The position numbers and the translations under genes were made by a program. The notes beneath the pieces were generated by a model that worked only from the letters and a program-made list of their open reading frames with translations, ran no database searches and had not been told where the DNA came from. Of a stretch of 64,000 nucleotides of DNA, positions 46,059 to 58,079 are shown piece after piece. Origin of the DNA: Hyphochytrium catenoides (taxonomy: Eukaryota; Protista; Hyphochytriomycota); the NCBI GenBank assembly GCA_900088475.1, contig FLMG01002637.1:1-64000 (forward strand), read 5' to 3'. The number at the start of each line of letters is the position of its first letter. The first letter of the stretch is position 1.

Positions 46059-49000
46059 TTTGTCTAATAAGAAGATTGTGTTGTCGGTAGTTCAAAGAGG
46101 AAAGAAGAGGAGACGTAGGTTAACGCTGGGTGAAGAGAAGAGACAGAAGAAGCTCAACTTCTTGTGGGGATAGTAGAAGTTGAGTTTGTCTGCTTCTGAC
46201 CAGCTGATGAGGTCTTGTACTTTCTCTTGTGGAGAGTAGAGAAAATAAAGAAGTGAGGCGCTATTGCATCATAGGAAGCAGCACTGTTGTTGAGGATCAC
46301 CAAGCATGAAGTCCGGAAAAAAGAAGCGAGATAGTGTTTCTAAAGTCTTACACTTTATTAGGGTTAGAAGGTGGGCAAATGCTGCGTGCACTTGCTATCA
46401 TGATGAATCCCCCTCCTCCTACAGCCACTCTGGAAGTAAGCAAACTTGTCCGTATGCTTCACTTGCAAGGCGCTGTGAGGCTAGACTACGACTAGTAAGA
46501 AAAGGACTAATAAGAAGGTTTTTAAAATAATCAAACTTATGGGCAGCGAACCATTTACCACTGGCTGCATCAGTACAATGCTAGTGCGTATGACTGAGTA
46601 GTCATAGTTGGGAAAGACAAGCACAGCAGTAGTGTAGACCAAATGTAAGAACTACAGAAGCCATGTAGCAAAGTTAAGCCATACACAGCAGAGGAGATAG
46701 GGAGGACATGTGAGCTGGAGAGCTCTAGCGGTTCTATTATTATTCCAAGCACCAGAGGCGCAGTGAAAGAGTTCAGTCAGCCCCGGAAGCAGCATCCTAA
46801 GGCCCAGACATCAAAGGGACTGACTGTATGATGAGAACTGGTGACCAGATTCACTTCTCCTCCTTACAAGTAGTCTCTTGAAGCTCATCAAGCCAGTGGA
46901 TGTGTGATGCTTCTGGTGTGGCTGTGGTCCACATCCTCGTCTTCTACACGAAGACGAAGAGACTAGGTAAACCTACTTGCTGGTGGTGTCCTAGGAGCAA
47001 CAAAGACCCTACAACTATGCAGAAGATCTCGATAATGATACATCTGCGAGCGAGAGCAGAGTCAACTTGACAAGAAGTAGGCAATCTTGGCTGCGAAGGC
47101 TGTTCGCGCTTACTATATCTTAGTCCCTTACGCGGGCGATCAGCCACAGTCGTAATCCTGCGTCTCTGCCCTGCTTGATGCCCGCCTTTGCTGCCCTTCA
47201 CTGCCGGGAAAACTCAAGCATCTCTAGTCTGTTATTGGGAAAGGGATTGTTCTGTTTCCAAAGACAAAGGCAGATAGTTATATCACGAAGGATAGCTTAA
47301 GACAAAGATAGTCTATTACGAGCAGCTTCACCGACTTGAGTGAAAAGAGAAGACGAACTTGTTCACTTCTCACGAGCCAACAACACCGATGATTAACCAC
47401 CACTGCCCTTTCACCAGGACTCCGAATAGAAATGCAAGGATCTATGTCAGCTTATGTTAAAATCTTCTGAGGATAGGAGGCACCGTCCACGGCAGATCTC
47501 TACCGCCCTGGCGAAGGCATAGTTAGTTAGTAGAAGTGCCTTAAGCTTCGAAGGTGGTCGAACGATTTGTCTGGCCTCAAAAGCTACCTGACCTTATGAG
47601 AATCTCTATAAAGTGGCCTAGTCCACGTCCTTTGTCCTGTGGCACCAAAACTGCAAAGGATGTTCAGATAACAGAGGGAGTGGCGAGAAACAGTCCCCTA
47701 CTTCCACATCAGTGTACCGCAGTAGAACTGCAGCGCATCTTCCCCCATGAACCGGACTTCATGCTGTGCTTCTTATCTAGACCTCCGCCAGTTAACACTA
47801 CCGTTCTTCAAAGAAGCTGAAGCCATAGCCCTGACTAAAGGGAGAGATCTATAGACACGAAGAACTTCTTCAGTAGACACTATCTTTAGAGTGTTCAGTT
47901 GGAGACGGTGTGGAACTCCTTAATGGTAAGACAAAGAGGATCTTCAATGTCTATGATGAGACTCTCAGCCTCTTTTTGCGGTGTGGAAGATGCTATTCAC
48001 TCTCTACCAAGTCTGGTATGATTGAAGCTGTCGACCTCTTCAAAAACATACCTATCCTGATCACAAAAGGACAATCATAAGATAGTCACCCAAAACAGCC
48101 AAAGACTGATCAAAGAGAGGCTATAAGGTACAAACTTTGGGTCCAGTACTTTGTCCACCCTTTGATGGGTTGTAAGCCATCAAACGGCCCCAGGGCAATA
48201 ATGATGTGTGATGATCAGGAAACCTCCAGCAGAATCCAGAACACATTGCTTTGCTAAGCACTGAAAGGCAAGATACTTCGTAGATAGAAAGGGAAGTCCA
48301 AGGCTTGCTCTACACATGTGGTGCGATGCGATGTAGAAAGGGACGTTTGTGTGAGAGTAACGGCTGCTCCCGCTCTATTATTGGCCTCGGACTACCAAGT
48401 CATTCCCGTTGTCACCGTGATAAGCTCTCCTTCAGTTGCCGTTCCCCTGAAGGTTTCCAAAGCCTTCTCATTGCAGGCTAAGAAAAGTACACCACGAACT
48501 AAGAGTAAGAAGGAGGCTCGCAATCTTTCATATTTTATCCTTCCCCCTCAATGCAAAGTATTCTTCTGCACCGTTGTGACCAAAGGACACAGACAAACCA
48601 ATCCAGCAACGCATTTCTAATGTGGGTTCTATTTGTGGCAATCATTGCGTACGAGCTGTTCCCTGTAACACCATCTCTTGCCTGAAAGTCCGGAATGGGT
48701 GGGGCGGAGATGGTAAACTGGACTCTAAAGTTTCAAAAGCTTCATCTCCTTTCTATCTAAATCTATGGGAAATCACTTCTTGAAAGATACGAATGTACTA
48801 CAGACGCTGCAACAAACGAACGAAGGTTAGCTAAGCAGAAACTGGCTCTTGATGGTCTGCAATGGCGTGATCAGGGCTAAGCTGCTTAAGATGGGTAATA
48901 AGACTAGGCAAGGCTGAGGGCAGCCTTAGACCCTAAAGAGACAAGCGATGAGTGGCGTTTGAGCAGTGATGGTTCTTCAGTAACGCCCCCTCGGTGTGAA

Positions 49001-49787
49001 AAGGAAGGTGACAGAGAAGTGAACGGTAGAGAGACAGAGGGACAGAAAGAGACAAGCAGACGCAAACAAAGGACACCCAAATGTACCATCAAAGGGAGAG
49101 GGTAGACGGAGACAGAGCGTCGGAGGAGATGAGAAAACCTGGAGAAGAAGGGCATTCAGAGAGAGAAAGAATCAGAGGAAGGGATGTGAATGAACGTTAC
49201 TCCCTCTGCACCGGATCTCCCCTATTTTCAGCCGCAGCTGCACCAAAAACTGCAGTATCCGCCTGGTCCTCTGACTCTGCCTCTCCCTAGAGACTTTGAG
49301 CTCTTGCTTGCAAAGACTCCTTTAGCATTCTGATTCTTGTGCATGGCGTTATGATCTTCCAAGTCATTGCACAGAGGAAAGAGCCGTTGTCCACCCCTGG
49401 TGGTATTGAAAAGGCTCAGGAGCCACTTGGAGCCAGCTCTTTTCCAACCATCACTATGATAGGAAGCCTCCTCTCCGCCCACGATCTGATCTGTCCCCAA
49501 ACTCCGCTTGCGCTTGTATAATAGTTCTTATGAGTCTTCCTCTTCAATTCCCACTCACTCTTCTACTCCTCTACAAAAGACCAGCTGAGGCGTGATAAAA
49601 AGCAGTCACAAGTAATAGCGAAACCCCTCGTAGTGTGACTGTTCACCCTCACAGCCTGCTAAGTTTCACTCACAGCCGGGCTGTCAGCCGTCACTCATCA
49701 AATTTCCGCCTACTGGCCACCTCTCACCAATCTACTCTCAACCAGTGTAACAAAGAAGAAAGCACGTCGTTCTCTCAACCACAGACG

Positions 49788-50384
49788 ATGGCACTTCTCA
49801 ACAGCACTAACGCTCTTAGCCTTGGCACTAAGGCGGCAGTACCCACACCACGCCGCCGCCATCTCAACCGCCAGCGATGCATCGTTGAAGGATGTCAAAA
49901 GTTTGCTAGAGGATTGGAAGGTGTCTGCATCCGCCACGGTGGCCAGGGCAACAAACTCTGCCAGGTCCCAGGATGCATTCACCAAGTACGCAAAGGAGGC
50001 GTCTGCGTAAAGCATGGCGCTGAGAAGAGGCTCTGCAGCAAGCCCAACTGCAACAGAACTCTCTACTCTAAGGGTTTATGCTTTGGCCACCACCGTTCCC
50101 ACTTTGGCAAGAGCTCTCCTACCAACAGCCAGTCCACAGCTGTTCAGTCTGCACAAGTCCAAGCCCCTCTCGCTTTCAGATCACCTGCCGATGAACTCTT
50201 TTTCCAACTCTTCGATGTAGAAAACCATGGCCCCGCTATTGACCATGAAGCAGTTCTCTCAGCCTACGAGGGTGCACTTCTGAAGAGTACACCCGAGGTT
50301 TGCTTCTCCGTGGAGGAGTCAGTGTTCATGGACCTCACCAATATCTTCACTGCGCCCCCAAGTGATGCGGTTTTTGTTTTCTAA
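49788..50384 (+). CDS. Protein with three C-x4-C-x9/10-C-x2-H zinc-finger repeats (WRKY19-like zinc finger type)
   Basis: CIVEGCQKFARGLEGVCIRHGG, CQVPGCIHQVRKGGVCVKHGA, CSKPNCNRTLYSKGLCFGH. First ATG at 49788. Acidic/hydrophobic C-terminus. Confidence 0.85.
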   Translation: MALLNSTNALSLGTKAAVPTPRRRHLNRQRCIVEGCQKFARGLEGVCIRHGGQGNKLCQVPGCIHQVRKGGVCVKHGAEKRLCSKPNCNRTLYSKGLCFGHHRSHFGKSSPTNSQSTAVQSAQVQAPLAFRSPADELFFQLFDVENHGPAIDHEAVLSAYEGALLKSTPEVCFSVEESVFMDLTNIFTAPPSDAVFVF

Positions 50385-51650
50385 GCCACCACCCTGTCTT
50401 CAGGTCTCTCCCAAGTCTAGCGTTGTATCTGTTACTTCTTTCACACGTTCCCCATTCCCACATCAACTATCTGCCCGCGTTCATCATGCCAATGATGACA
50501 GCTAGCACTCATCCCTCGCGGGATTACAAAGCTTGCGGTCATGAGCTCACACACCACCTATAATTTATGAAGATGACTCTACAGCATGCTGGCCGCCAAT
50601 GCGCGTGTCCGTTGTATAATTCATCGCGTACCTTCTTTTTATAGAGATCAAAAGAAGAGGCTACCCTTACTATTCAAACCTTCAATGAAAAATTGTGAAC
50701 TATCAATGATATGCTCTCAGATGTGATTCTTCGGCTACCAGGCTGATAGGTTGCCACTAGGCCCTCTAAATTAAGTTCACAATCTCCCAGATAGAGGCTG
50801 ACTACTAGAAGATTTGCGATCGTGGCCGCTCTTGATGATTATGGAATACCTAGAATCTAGGGGAGACGCAAGTCATCCCTGGAAGTGCCAACTCTACTTC
50901 GCGATCCACAGTCCCTGCTGAGGTCTTTCTTATTATCACGTGAGCCACGACAGTAGTAGTTGTTGGGAAGAAAACGTCTTTCGAAGTAAGCTATTGACAG
51001 TAGTAAACCCAGATCAAGAGCCAACTGAGTGTGATTAGGATTGAAGAAATGATTCTTCTTACTCTCCTGAGCGTGATGCGGTATTCCTCATCATATGAGG
51101 AATGATAGTTAAAGTGCTCTTACCGCGACAAAATTACCTTCTAGTTCGAAGCTAACCTCCCATCCTTTCTTGTGGGAGTGATCCAGCGGCAAGAAGGAAT
51201 TAATGTCCTTTTGCTGGTGAAGGTTGCTTTCAATGTCACGACCAGAGTCGCACAAGCTTACTACTTCCTGATATAAATAAGTGAATTAGCACGAGGAGCC
51301 ATATCTTCATCCTTCTCATTCTAATGAGGGCCGGCTCCTTGAAGTCCTCTTATAGGCTGCCAACTCAAGAAGCGTTATAGATTAGCTTTAACGGCAAGCT
51401 GTGGTCGTTGCAACGTTACCACGCGAGCTAGGTGGTGTCTGTTGCCTTGTTTATTATTTATAAAAGAGAAGCATGATGTGCATCATCGCGACTGAAAAAT
51501 AGTCTTATGAATGAAATGATACACCAATGATATGTAGCCTGTATATTTTAAAGGTTATATAAAGAAGACTCTCTGGGCAATTGCGAAGACGTGCTGTTAT
51601 CTTCCATCATTGCCAATAGATCTTTCGTGACAACTAAGTGTTTCAGTGGA

Positions 51651-53300
51651 CTAATCATCTTTCTGTCCACGAAGAGAACCATGCTGCTTGTCTCCTTGAA
51701 CCATCATCATCTGTTGCTGCTGATTGTTCTTCTGTTCCCCGTTATTTTGTATGGGAGCGAGGGTATTAACGCCCTGGCCAGCTCCTCCCACCTGATTCTT
51801 CATGTTGTTGTTGCCACCGGCGGCTGGAGGTGGTGTCGTAAGCACCTGAACCGTCATAGGTGCAGCTGTGGCTCCTCCCTGTCCCTTGTTATTCTTGTTC
51901 ATGTTATCCTTATTGGCACCGTTGTTATTATTATTGGCTGGTGCCGTGGTGATGTGCTGGTTGTTATTCATGCCTCCACCTTTGCCCTTGTTGTTATTGT
52001 TGACAGGTGCAGTGGTCACTGCTGGTGCCGTCTGCTGCTGGTTCTTATTTTTGTCATTCTTGTTATTATTGGCAGGTGCTGTGGTCATTGCTGCTGCTGT
52101 CTGTTGCTGCTGCTGGTTCTTGTTATTGTTATTCTTGTTATTGTTTGCAGGCGCAGTGGTGACCGCTGGTGCTGTTTGCTGTTGCTGCTGCTGATTCTTG
52201 TTCTTGTCATTCTTGTTGTTATTGGCAGGTGCCGTGGTCGCTGCTGGTGCTGTCTGCTGCTGGTGGTTCATGTTGTTATTATTGGCAGGTGCGGTGGTGA
52301 CTACTGGTGCTGTCTGCTGCTGGTGTCCTCCCATATTGTTGTTCCCGTTGTCAGCAACTGGTGCAAGAGTTATTACAGCCGGAGCAGTGGTCTGTGCACC
52401 TCCTGCTGGAGGTGCAGTGGTTTGCGCAGCTCCTTCAGCGGGCGGCGCAGTGGTCAAGACCGCGACAGTGACGGGTGCTGTGGTTGCTCCTGCTCCTTGT
52501 TGGTTTTGATGCTTCTGCTTTTTCTCAAGCTTTTTCTTGTTGTTTTTCTGTTGTTGTTTCTGCTGCTGCTGCTGTTGGTAGATCAGAACGCAGTCCGGCA
52601 AGTTCACATTGTTATTGTTGGCCGGGGGGGCCGTAGCTGCTGGAGCAGTAGCGGTAGCCGCTGCTGGAGCGGTGGTAGTAGCTGCACCGGCCCCATTGCT
52701 GTTATTCGGCGCGGTAGTTGGTTGCTGCTTACCGTTGTTGTTGGCTCCAGCGCCTTGCTGATCATTGTTATTCTGTTGACCGGCGTTGCCTTGCTGAGGC
52801 GGCAGCTGTGCTTTTTGAGTCTTGAGGTTGTTCAGCTGGTCGGGATTGTCCTTCAAGAACTGGTCCAAGTTGCAGGCAGGATCAAACCCTTGAATGGCCC
52901 CGACAAGCTCTGGATTCTTTGGTGGTTGTGGGCAAATCTTAGAGCAAGGATTAGCGTTGGCAAAAGGGTCTACATTCTTCTCTGCCTTTCGGAAGTTGAC
53001 AGCGGCATCAATACAAGCTTGCGGGAGGTTGTTACCCTTGGCAAAGTCAATCATCTGGTCCGCCAGGTTTTGCTGGTCACATTCACCTGCGCCGCCTAGC
53101 AAAGTGGATACCGCTTGACCAGCGAAGGTTGCAAGCTTACCATTAATGTCGCCAGATACGCCAGTTGCGCAGTTTCGAATGCCATTCAGGATGCCATCTG
53201 GATTCTGCTGTCCGAAACGAGCATCTACACCGGTATGAAGCAGAGTCAAGTGGGCGGCAGAGATCGCTGCGGTGAGTCTGAGAATGACGGAGAGCTTCAT
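51651..53300 (-). CDS. Secreted protein with Cys-containing fungal-type N-terminal domain and long Asn/Gln/Thr/Ala/Pro repeat tail (~549 aa)
   Basis: ATG 53300 signal peptide MKLSVILRLTAAISAAHL... Domain ARFGQQN...LATFAGQAVSTLLG.A..C.QQ.LAD.MIDFAK...A.NFRKAEKN.DPF...C.Q.P.NPEL.G. Tail of QQQTAPAVTTAPANNNKN repeats. Confidence 0.85.
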   Translation of the reverse strand: MKLSVILRLTAAISAAHLTLLHTGVDARFGQQNPDGILNGIRNCATGVSGDINGKLATFAGQAVSTLLGGAGECDQQNLADQMIDFAKGNNLPQACIDAAVNFRKAEKNVDPFANANPCSKICPQPPKNPELVGAIQGFDPACNLDQFLKDNPDQLNNLKTQKAQLPPQQGNAGQQNNNDQQGAGANNNGKQQPTTAPNNSNGAGAATTTAPAAATATAPAATAPPANNNNVNLPDCVLIYQQQQQQKQQQKNNKKKLEKKQKHQNQQGAGATTAPVTVAVLTTAPPAEGAAQTTAPPAGGAQTTAPAVITLAPVADNGNNNMGGHQQQTAPVVTTAPANNNNMNHQQQTAPAATTAPANNNKNDKNKNQQQQQQTAPAVTTAPANNNKNNNNKNQQQQQTAAAMTTAPANNNKNDKNKNQQQTAPAVTTAPVNNNNKGKGGGMNNNQHITTAPANNNNNGANKDNMNKNNKGQGGATAAPMTVQVLTTPPPAAGGNNNMKNQVGGAGQGVNTLAPIQNNGEQKNNQQQQMMMVQGDKQHGSLRGQKDD

Positions 53301-55610
53301 GATGGAGCTGTTTCCTTGTACTATATAGTGATAGGAAAGCAGTAGAGTTCTCAAATCAGAAGATCCGCTTAAATCTATTCTCGCAGCAAAAAGCGAGGCT
53401 GGTTATTGGAGCTCGACTTTTTCTTGTTATCCGCAGCAGGTTAAGACAATCTCTCCGGCGTGGTTGATGGAAAGACTGCTCAACTGCGACTGAGCTTGAG
53501 GATGAGAAATAGAGAATGAGAAGAACAGCCTATGGCGCTGCACGCGCGGTCTACAGCCTCTGATACATTCTTCGGCCTCTACTTCGGCATCTTCCTTTGT
53601 ATTGGAGGTGGCATATAGGTCCTAAGAATGAAGAAGAACTGCTATGAGACCAGGGAGCGGATCTTTGCCATTACTTCTTAGCCCTGCTGACTAGATAGAT
53701 AGGTGTTCCCGTTGATTAAGGCACGAGGTACGAGAAGCGATGGACAAGATACAGGCAACGATGATCCGTTTTCAGCGTCGTTCTGGCTTCTTCTTTCCAA
53801 CCAGGCAGTTCTATTACTGTCCAGGGGCTAGCCATCATCATCATTCTTAAACGATCGCCACCACCAACAAAGCCGTTAATAAGGAAGGAGATGAAGGCAG
53901 TCACGAAGAAGATAAATATGATGGTGACGGTGCTATCCCTGTCATCCCTTCCTGATCCTTTGGTTGACCAGCTTCAGAGAGAGAAGGGCTATAGAGTAGG
54001 ATGACCGGTTCTGACGCTTGTCGCGCAGCACTTCTTCCTCCTGACGCTTGAAGATCCTTCATCAGCGGAAGCGGATGGTGTCTTGTTGTTTTGGCTGTTT
54101 AGTCAGACCATCCGGTCCTCTGAGTCTGATGCGAGGCCTAGGAAAGTCTGACCTGCAACATGCCATCCATGCTTCGTACTGTCGGGAAGTCAGAGCAGAG
54201 GCAATGGATGCTTTTGTATGTGGTGGTTACCGCATCCCTTCGCTCATTCGTGCTGGGATAGATCTGCTACAAGACCACAAAGTAGAGACGGGAAGTCTCA
54301 GCAAAGATCAAAGGAGCAAGATGATGATTCAATTGTCTGCCCCCATCCACTGTTTGTCTACTTGTCACACACCATTCCAGCCTTCCTCTGAACCGCTCTC
54401 CCACCCATCCTCTTTCGTGTACCCTCCTCTTTCCTTCTTATTCATCACCAGTCCAACATCAGGAAGCAGCCATCTGTTGCGTTCTTTTGTCTATTATTGT
54501 TCCCTAGTTCTATGAGCTAAGTCGCCTTGTCTGTGGGAGCCTAAGATCTCAAGCTTTCCTGCTGTTGATGCATCTCCAGTGCATAACGAGCTGAAGAGGT
54601 AGGCAGCCAGCAGCGGCAGGAGGGTGGTAAGACGAGCAAGGGAAGAAGAGTAAGACTGGGCTAACGGTAGATACTGCGTCACCCATCTAAACCTCTTGCT
54701 TACATACGGACGGACTCACTATCAGAGGAAGAAAGTCTATAAAAGGACGACTCCAATGGCTTCATTGTACCACCAGAAGATCCACCATTGAGCATCGACA
54801 CAGTCGGCTCGGGCCCGTGGTTGTATGGCGTCTTGTGTGTCTTCCACCCTCCTTCACCACCCGCCACGACATGGCAGCGATGGACGAACGAGCTGTCGTC
54901 AGAGTACGAGTAATCAACATATGAGACGGTAATTTTCCGCTACGCGGCGGGCAAGAGAGGGGCTGGTTCGGCCAGCAAGTCACGAAAGGTGGCGGCATAC
55001 AAGCAGAGAGTGTAGCACAGCTCACGTAGCTATACTCAGGGCGCCTCAAGCATGTGTAAAGCCCGAGAGGAGAGATGCCGCGTCTGGCTAGTAGCTCTTG
55101 GTGCTGCCCATCCTTGATGTTTATGGGGGAGATCAGAGGAGAGGGTGTGTCTACTTAGTTGTTGATGCTCAACCGCACACCAGTCTAGACTGGTTGTTCT
55201 GCCTTCTTGCATTTGGTGGAGGATGGAGCTGGCTCTCTCCTGGGAAGTGATGCCAGTGATGACAGCCGACACTGCCAGTCCGCAAAGTCCCTTTATACTG
55301 GTCATACTATCGTGATGTTGATACAGAACAAACTGGTAGCAGGCAAGATGCAGTTATATTTCCCCTATTATCCCCAAGCTCTGATTCCCTTGCCGACAAG
55401 AGGTCTTTCTCGGATAATCATTTTGAGCATCGGGCGGCTGATGAGACTGAACCACAGAAGTTAGACCAATACTAGTGATGATCAGTTGACTGCTGTGACG
55501 TTTGTCCGTGGCTTATGAAGACGATTGTCCTAGTCGTAGATTCATCATGCCAGTCACAGCACCGCTACTATATGATACCGGAGTGAAAGGATTGGGAGAA
55601 GGCTCATTTT

Positions 55611-56195
55611 CTTCTGCTCACCCGATGACATGACAGAGGATGCAAATGTATGATAAGCCTCGGACTGGGGGGATCAAACCGGCGCTTGACACCACTAGCC
55701 TGGGACCTCTCCTTGCCGCCTAGCTGGGTCAAACGGGATGGAGGAGGCTCTTGGTCCGTTGGTAAGAGCCGGGTCCTAGCTCTTGAACTAACTAACAAGA
55801 ACTAAGCGTAAGGTATGGACTCCTTACCGCCTAAATAATAAACACGTACAATCATCTCCTCTAACATAGGTCCGGCATAACGAAGGGCGGGCGGGCGCGA
55901 TTGTTTCTGCGTCTAGGTTCTGGACAGGCGGCAAAGGCTGAGGCTGACCGAGCATATTTGAGACTGAGGAGCGAGGTGGGACTGAAGACCGAGGTGCTTT
56001 CTAATAACCGCGCCAGGACGAAAACCTAACATCCTCCGGATATTTTACCTTTCCTTCTGCTCACCGGGATGACGTGACAGAGCATGCAATGTGTGACAAG
56101 CCTCTGGCTGGAGGATCAAACTGGTGCTTGAGATTACTAACCTGGGAGCTCTCCTTGTCGCCTAGCTGGGTCAAGCGGGAGGAGGCTCTTGATCC
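55611..56195. repeat. Diverged ~145-bp direct repeat (55611-55757 and 56054-56195)
   Basis: Both copies share cttctgctcacc..gatgac.tgacagag..atgcaa...aagcctc...ggatcaaac.gg.gcttga....acta.cctggga.ctctccttg.cgcctagctgggtcaa.cggga...ggaggctcttg.tcc. Confidence 0.9.
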
Positions 56196-56314
56196 CCAGG
56201 GAGTAGGGCGTCGTAGCAGTGCGATGTGTGCGCGATTAGCATAGCGAGTTAGCGTAGCGAGTGTTGAGGAGTGGTAGTTTGTTGGGACCTCCTGCCTGCT
56301 TGGACCCTACCATC

Positions 56315-57170
56315 CTATTCTAGCCGCCCGCCGTGTCTTTCCGTTTGGACGGGTTGATAGGCCGGGTAGCCTTGGTAAGCGTCAAAGTGCCTGCGCCCCA
56401 AGGATTTGATGGTTTGGTCGGCCGCCTGACCGTTCATTAGTGCAGTGGCGCCTCCTACCCTCAGGGAGTGCGTTGAGTACCGTTCGGGTGGATGTCCGCA
56501 CTTTGCTGCTGCAGCTTGCTTCACCAACTTGGCCACGTTCTCGGCAGTAACAGTGATTCCGGGCGGTCCTCCCGCTAACCCCTGCTCGCCTGGATGACCC
56601 CAGGCCGAGTGCACCGCCTTCAGCAGACGGCCTGCCTTGACAGGGCACAGAAGAGAGTGTCCCGAGCAACCTCCGTAAGCGACTATGAGACCCTCTCCCG
56701 ATCTGGTCGTTTTCGCCGCAGCGTAAGCGTAAATCGATACCCAAAGCCGTAGGCCATTGATTCTAAGGACGCAGGGGTGGGCCTCGGTGCCCATGAGGCA
56801 GTACTACGACCTTCTGAGGGGGAAGCAGTACGCCAGAATAGTGAGCCCCATAAGAGTTGGTGGTGTGGTGTGTACCAAGAAATAGCGTCTGAGAAGCGCA
56901 GCAGGATTGGCAAACGGTCACGGGCTGCTTCTGGGCAGTGAGAGCCGATTCGCGGCTAAGGCCCTGTCTTAGGACATGGTGCCCTCTGTGTGCCATCCTG
57001 GGCATCTCGTTGGAAACCATATGATCGGCAGTAGTAAGCAGCGAAAGGGCCACTCTGCTCAGTATCCGCTGGTTGCTCCTGGGAATGTGGCAGTCCGACG
57101 TGGTGCTCAGGCACAAGGGTGGCATTGACAAACACTTCACCTAGCCAAAAGTGCCGAGTGCTACGGCCTT
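56315..57170 (-). mobile_element. Degenerate tyrosine recombinase of a DIRS-order (YR) retrotransposon or Crypton-like element
   Basis: Across shifted frames: KQPVT, HQLLWGS, LAYCFPLRRS*Y (catalytic R; E to stop), NDQIGRG, SGHSLLCPVKA, YSTHSLRVGGATAL (H-x-x-R), IKSLGRR..DAYQGY (catalytic Y). Confidence 0.85.
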
Positions 57171-58079
57171 ACGAGGGCCGCTACAAATTGCTATAGCTGT
57201 TCAGAGAGGAACAGAGGTGGTGCCTGTTAGGGAAGCCGAGAACGTGGAAAGGACGTAGGATTATCTTAAGCAAGATAGAATAACCGACAAACATCTGTGC
57301 TGTCTTAAAAAATATCTGTAAGCACAGGATACTACTAGGTAGTAGGTGTTGGCTTGCTCTGACCCATCCAGCTACCGTGAGCCGCACCATACTACCTCAA
57401 ATGGTTTCTTAGTGGGTCGTGGGCGCTGTCGGTTTCCAGATGATGGAGCTTGCTTCTTCCCTCAGCCTCTCTCAGTTTCTCCAGGATAGAGTACCAATCA
57501 CTTAGAAGCTACAAAGCAGCATAATGTTCTCTTTCCTTCCAACTATCTGCCTTTTCACACTTCCACTCAAAAGGTACCGCCTTGACTTTGTTCGCCACTT
57601 TGAGCACGTGCTATTGAGGCCCCTTCCAATAGAGGCCTCTTACCGGGATCAGCTTAATTAATGATTCAAACTCTGCTCACATATGCATATTGTTTATTGC
57701 TTGCCTCTCTCCTCTTTTGTCTAACTTTAGGGTATCCTCTTGAGATCAGCGGTGCTAGTCCCCTTCATTGGCCTCTTGTAACTCTTTGTGATTTAGGCAC
57801 AATAAGTAGCTAGCTTGTGCTGTCCCAGTAGTTTTCACTACCAACTCCACCTCCATTCTTCCTAGGGAAGTTTGACTTCAAATCTCACCGCGGGAGCCAG
57901 CAGCAGAGCTCACTGGTGTAGGCAAGGGGATGCCCTTGCAACCCGCAATGGTCTCGAAGAAGAGACCAGAGACATAAGGTGGGGCTGTCTAGTCGCACTT
58001 ATGCTAGATGCCAAAGTTAAGGATGGACGGTGAGTCCTATATGACATCAGATGGTCCAGTAACTACCTGTCCTTTAGTG

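Noticed and set aside
49788-50384. True WRKY transcription factor
   Set aside because: No WRKYGQK motif; only the associated zinc-finger repeats are present.
51083-51103. 9-bp inverted repeat attcctcat-cat-atgaggaat
   Set aside because: A single short hairpin is compatible with chance in 64 kb.
51591-53099. 502-aa plus-strand Leu/Val/Cys-rich ORF
   Set aside because: Antisense shadow of the N/Q/T repeat gene on the minus strand.
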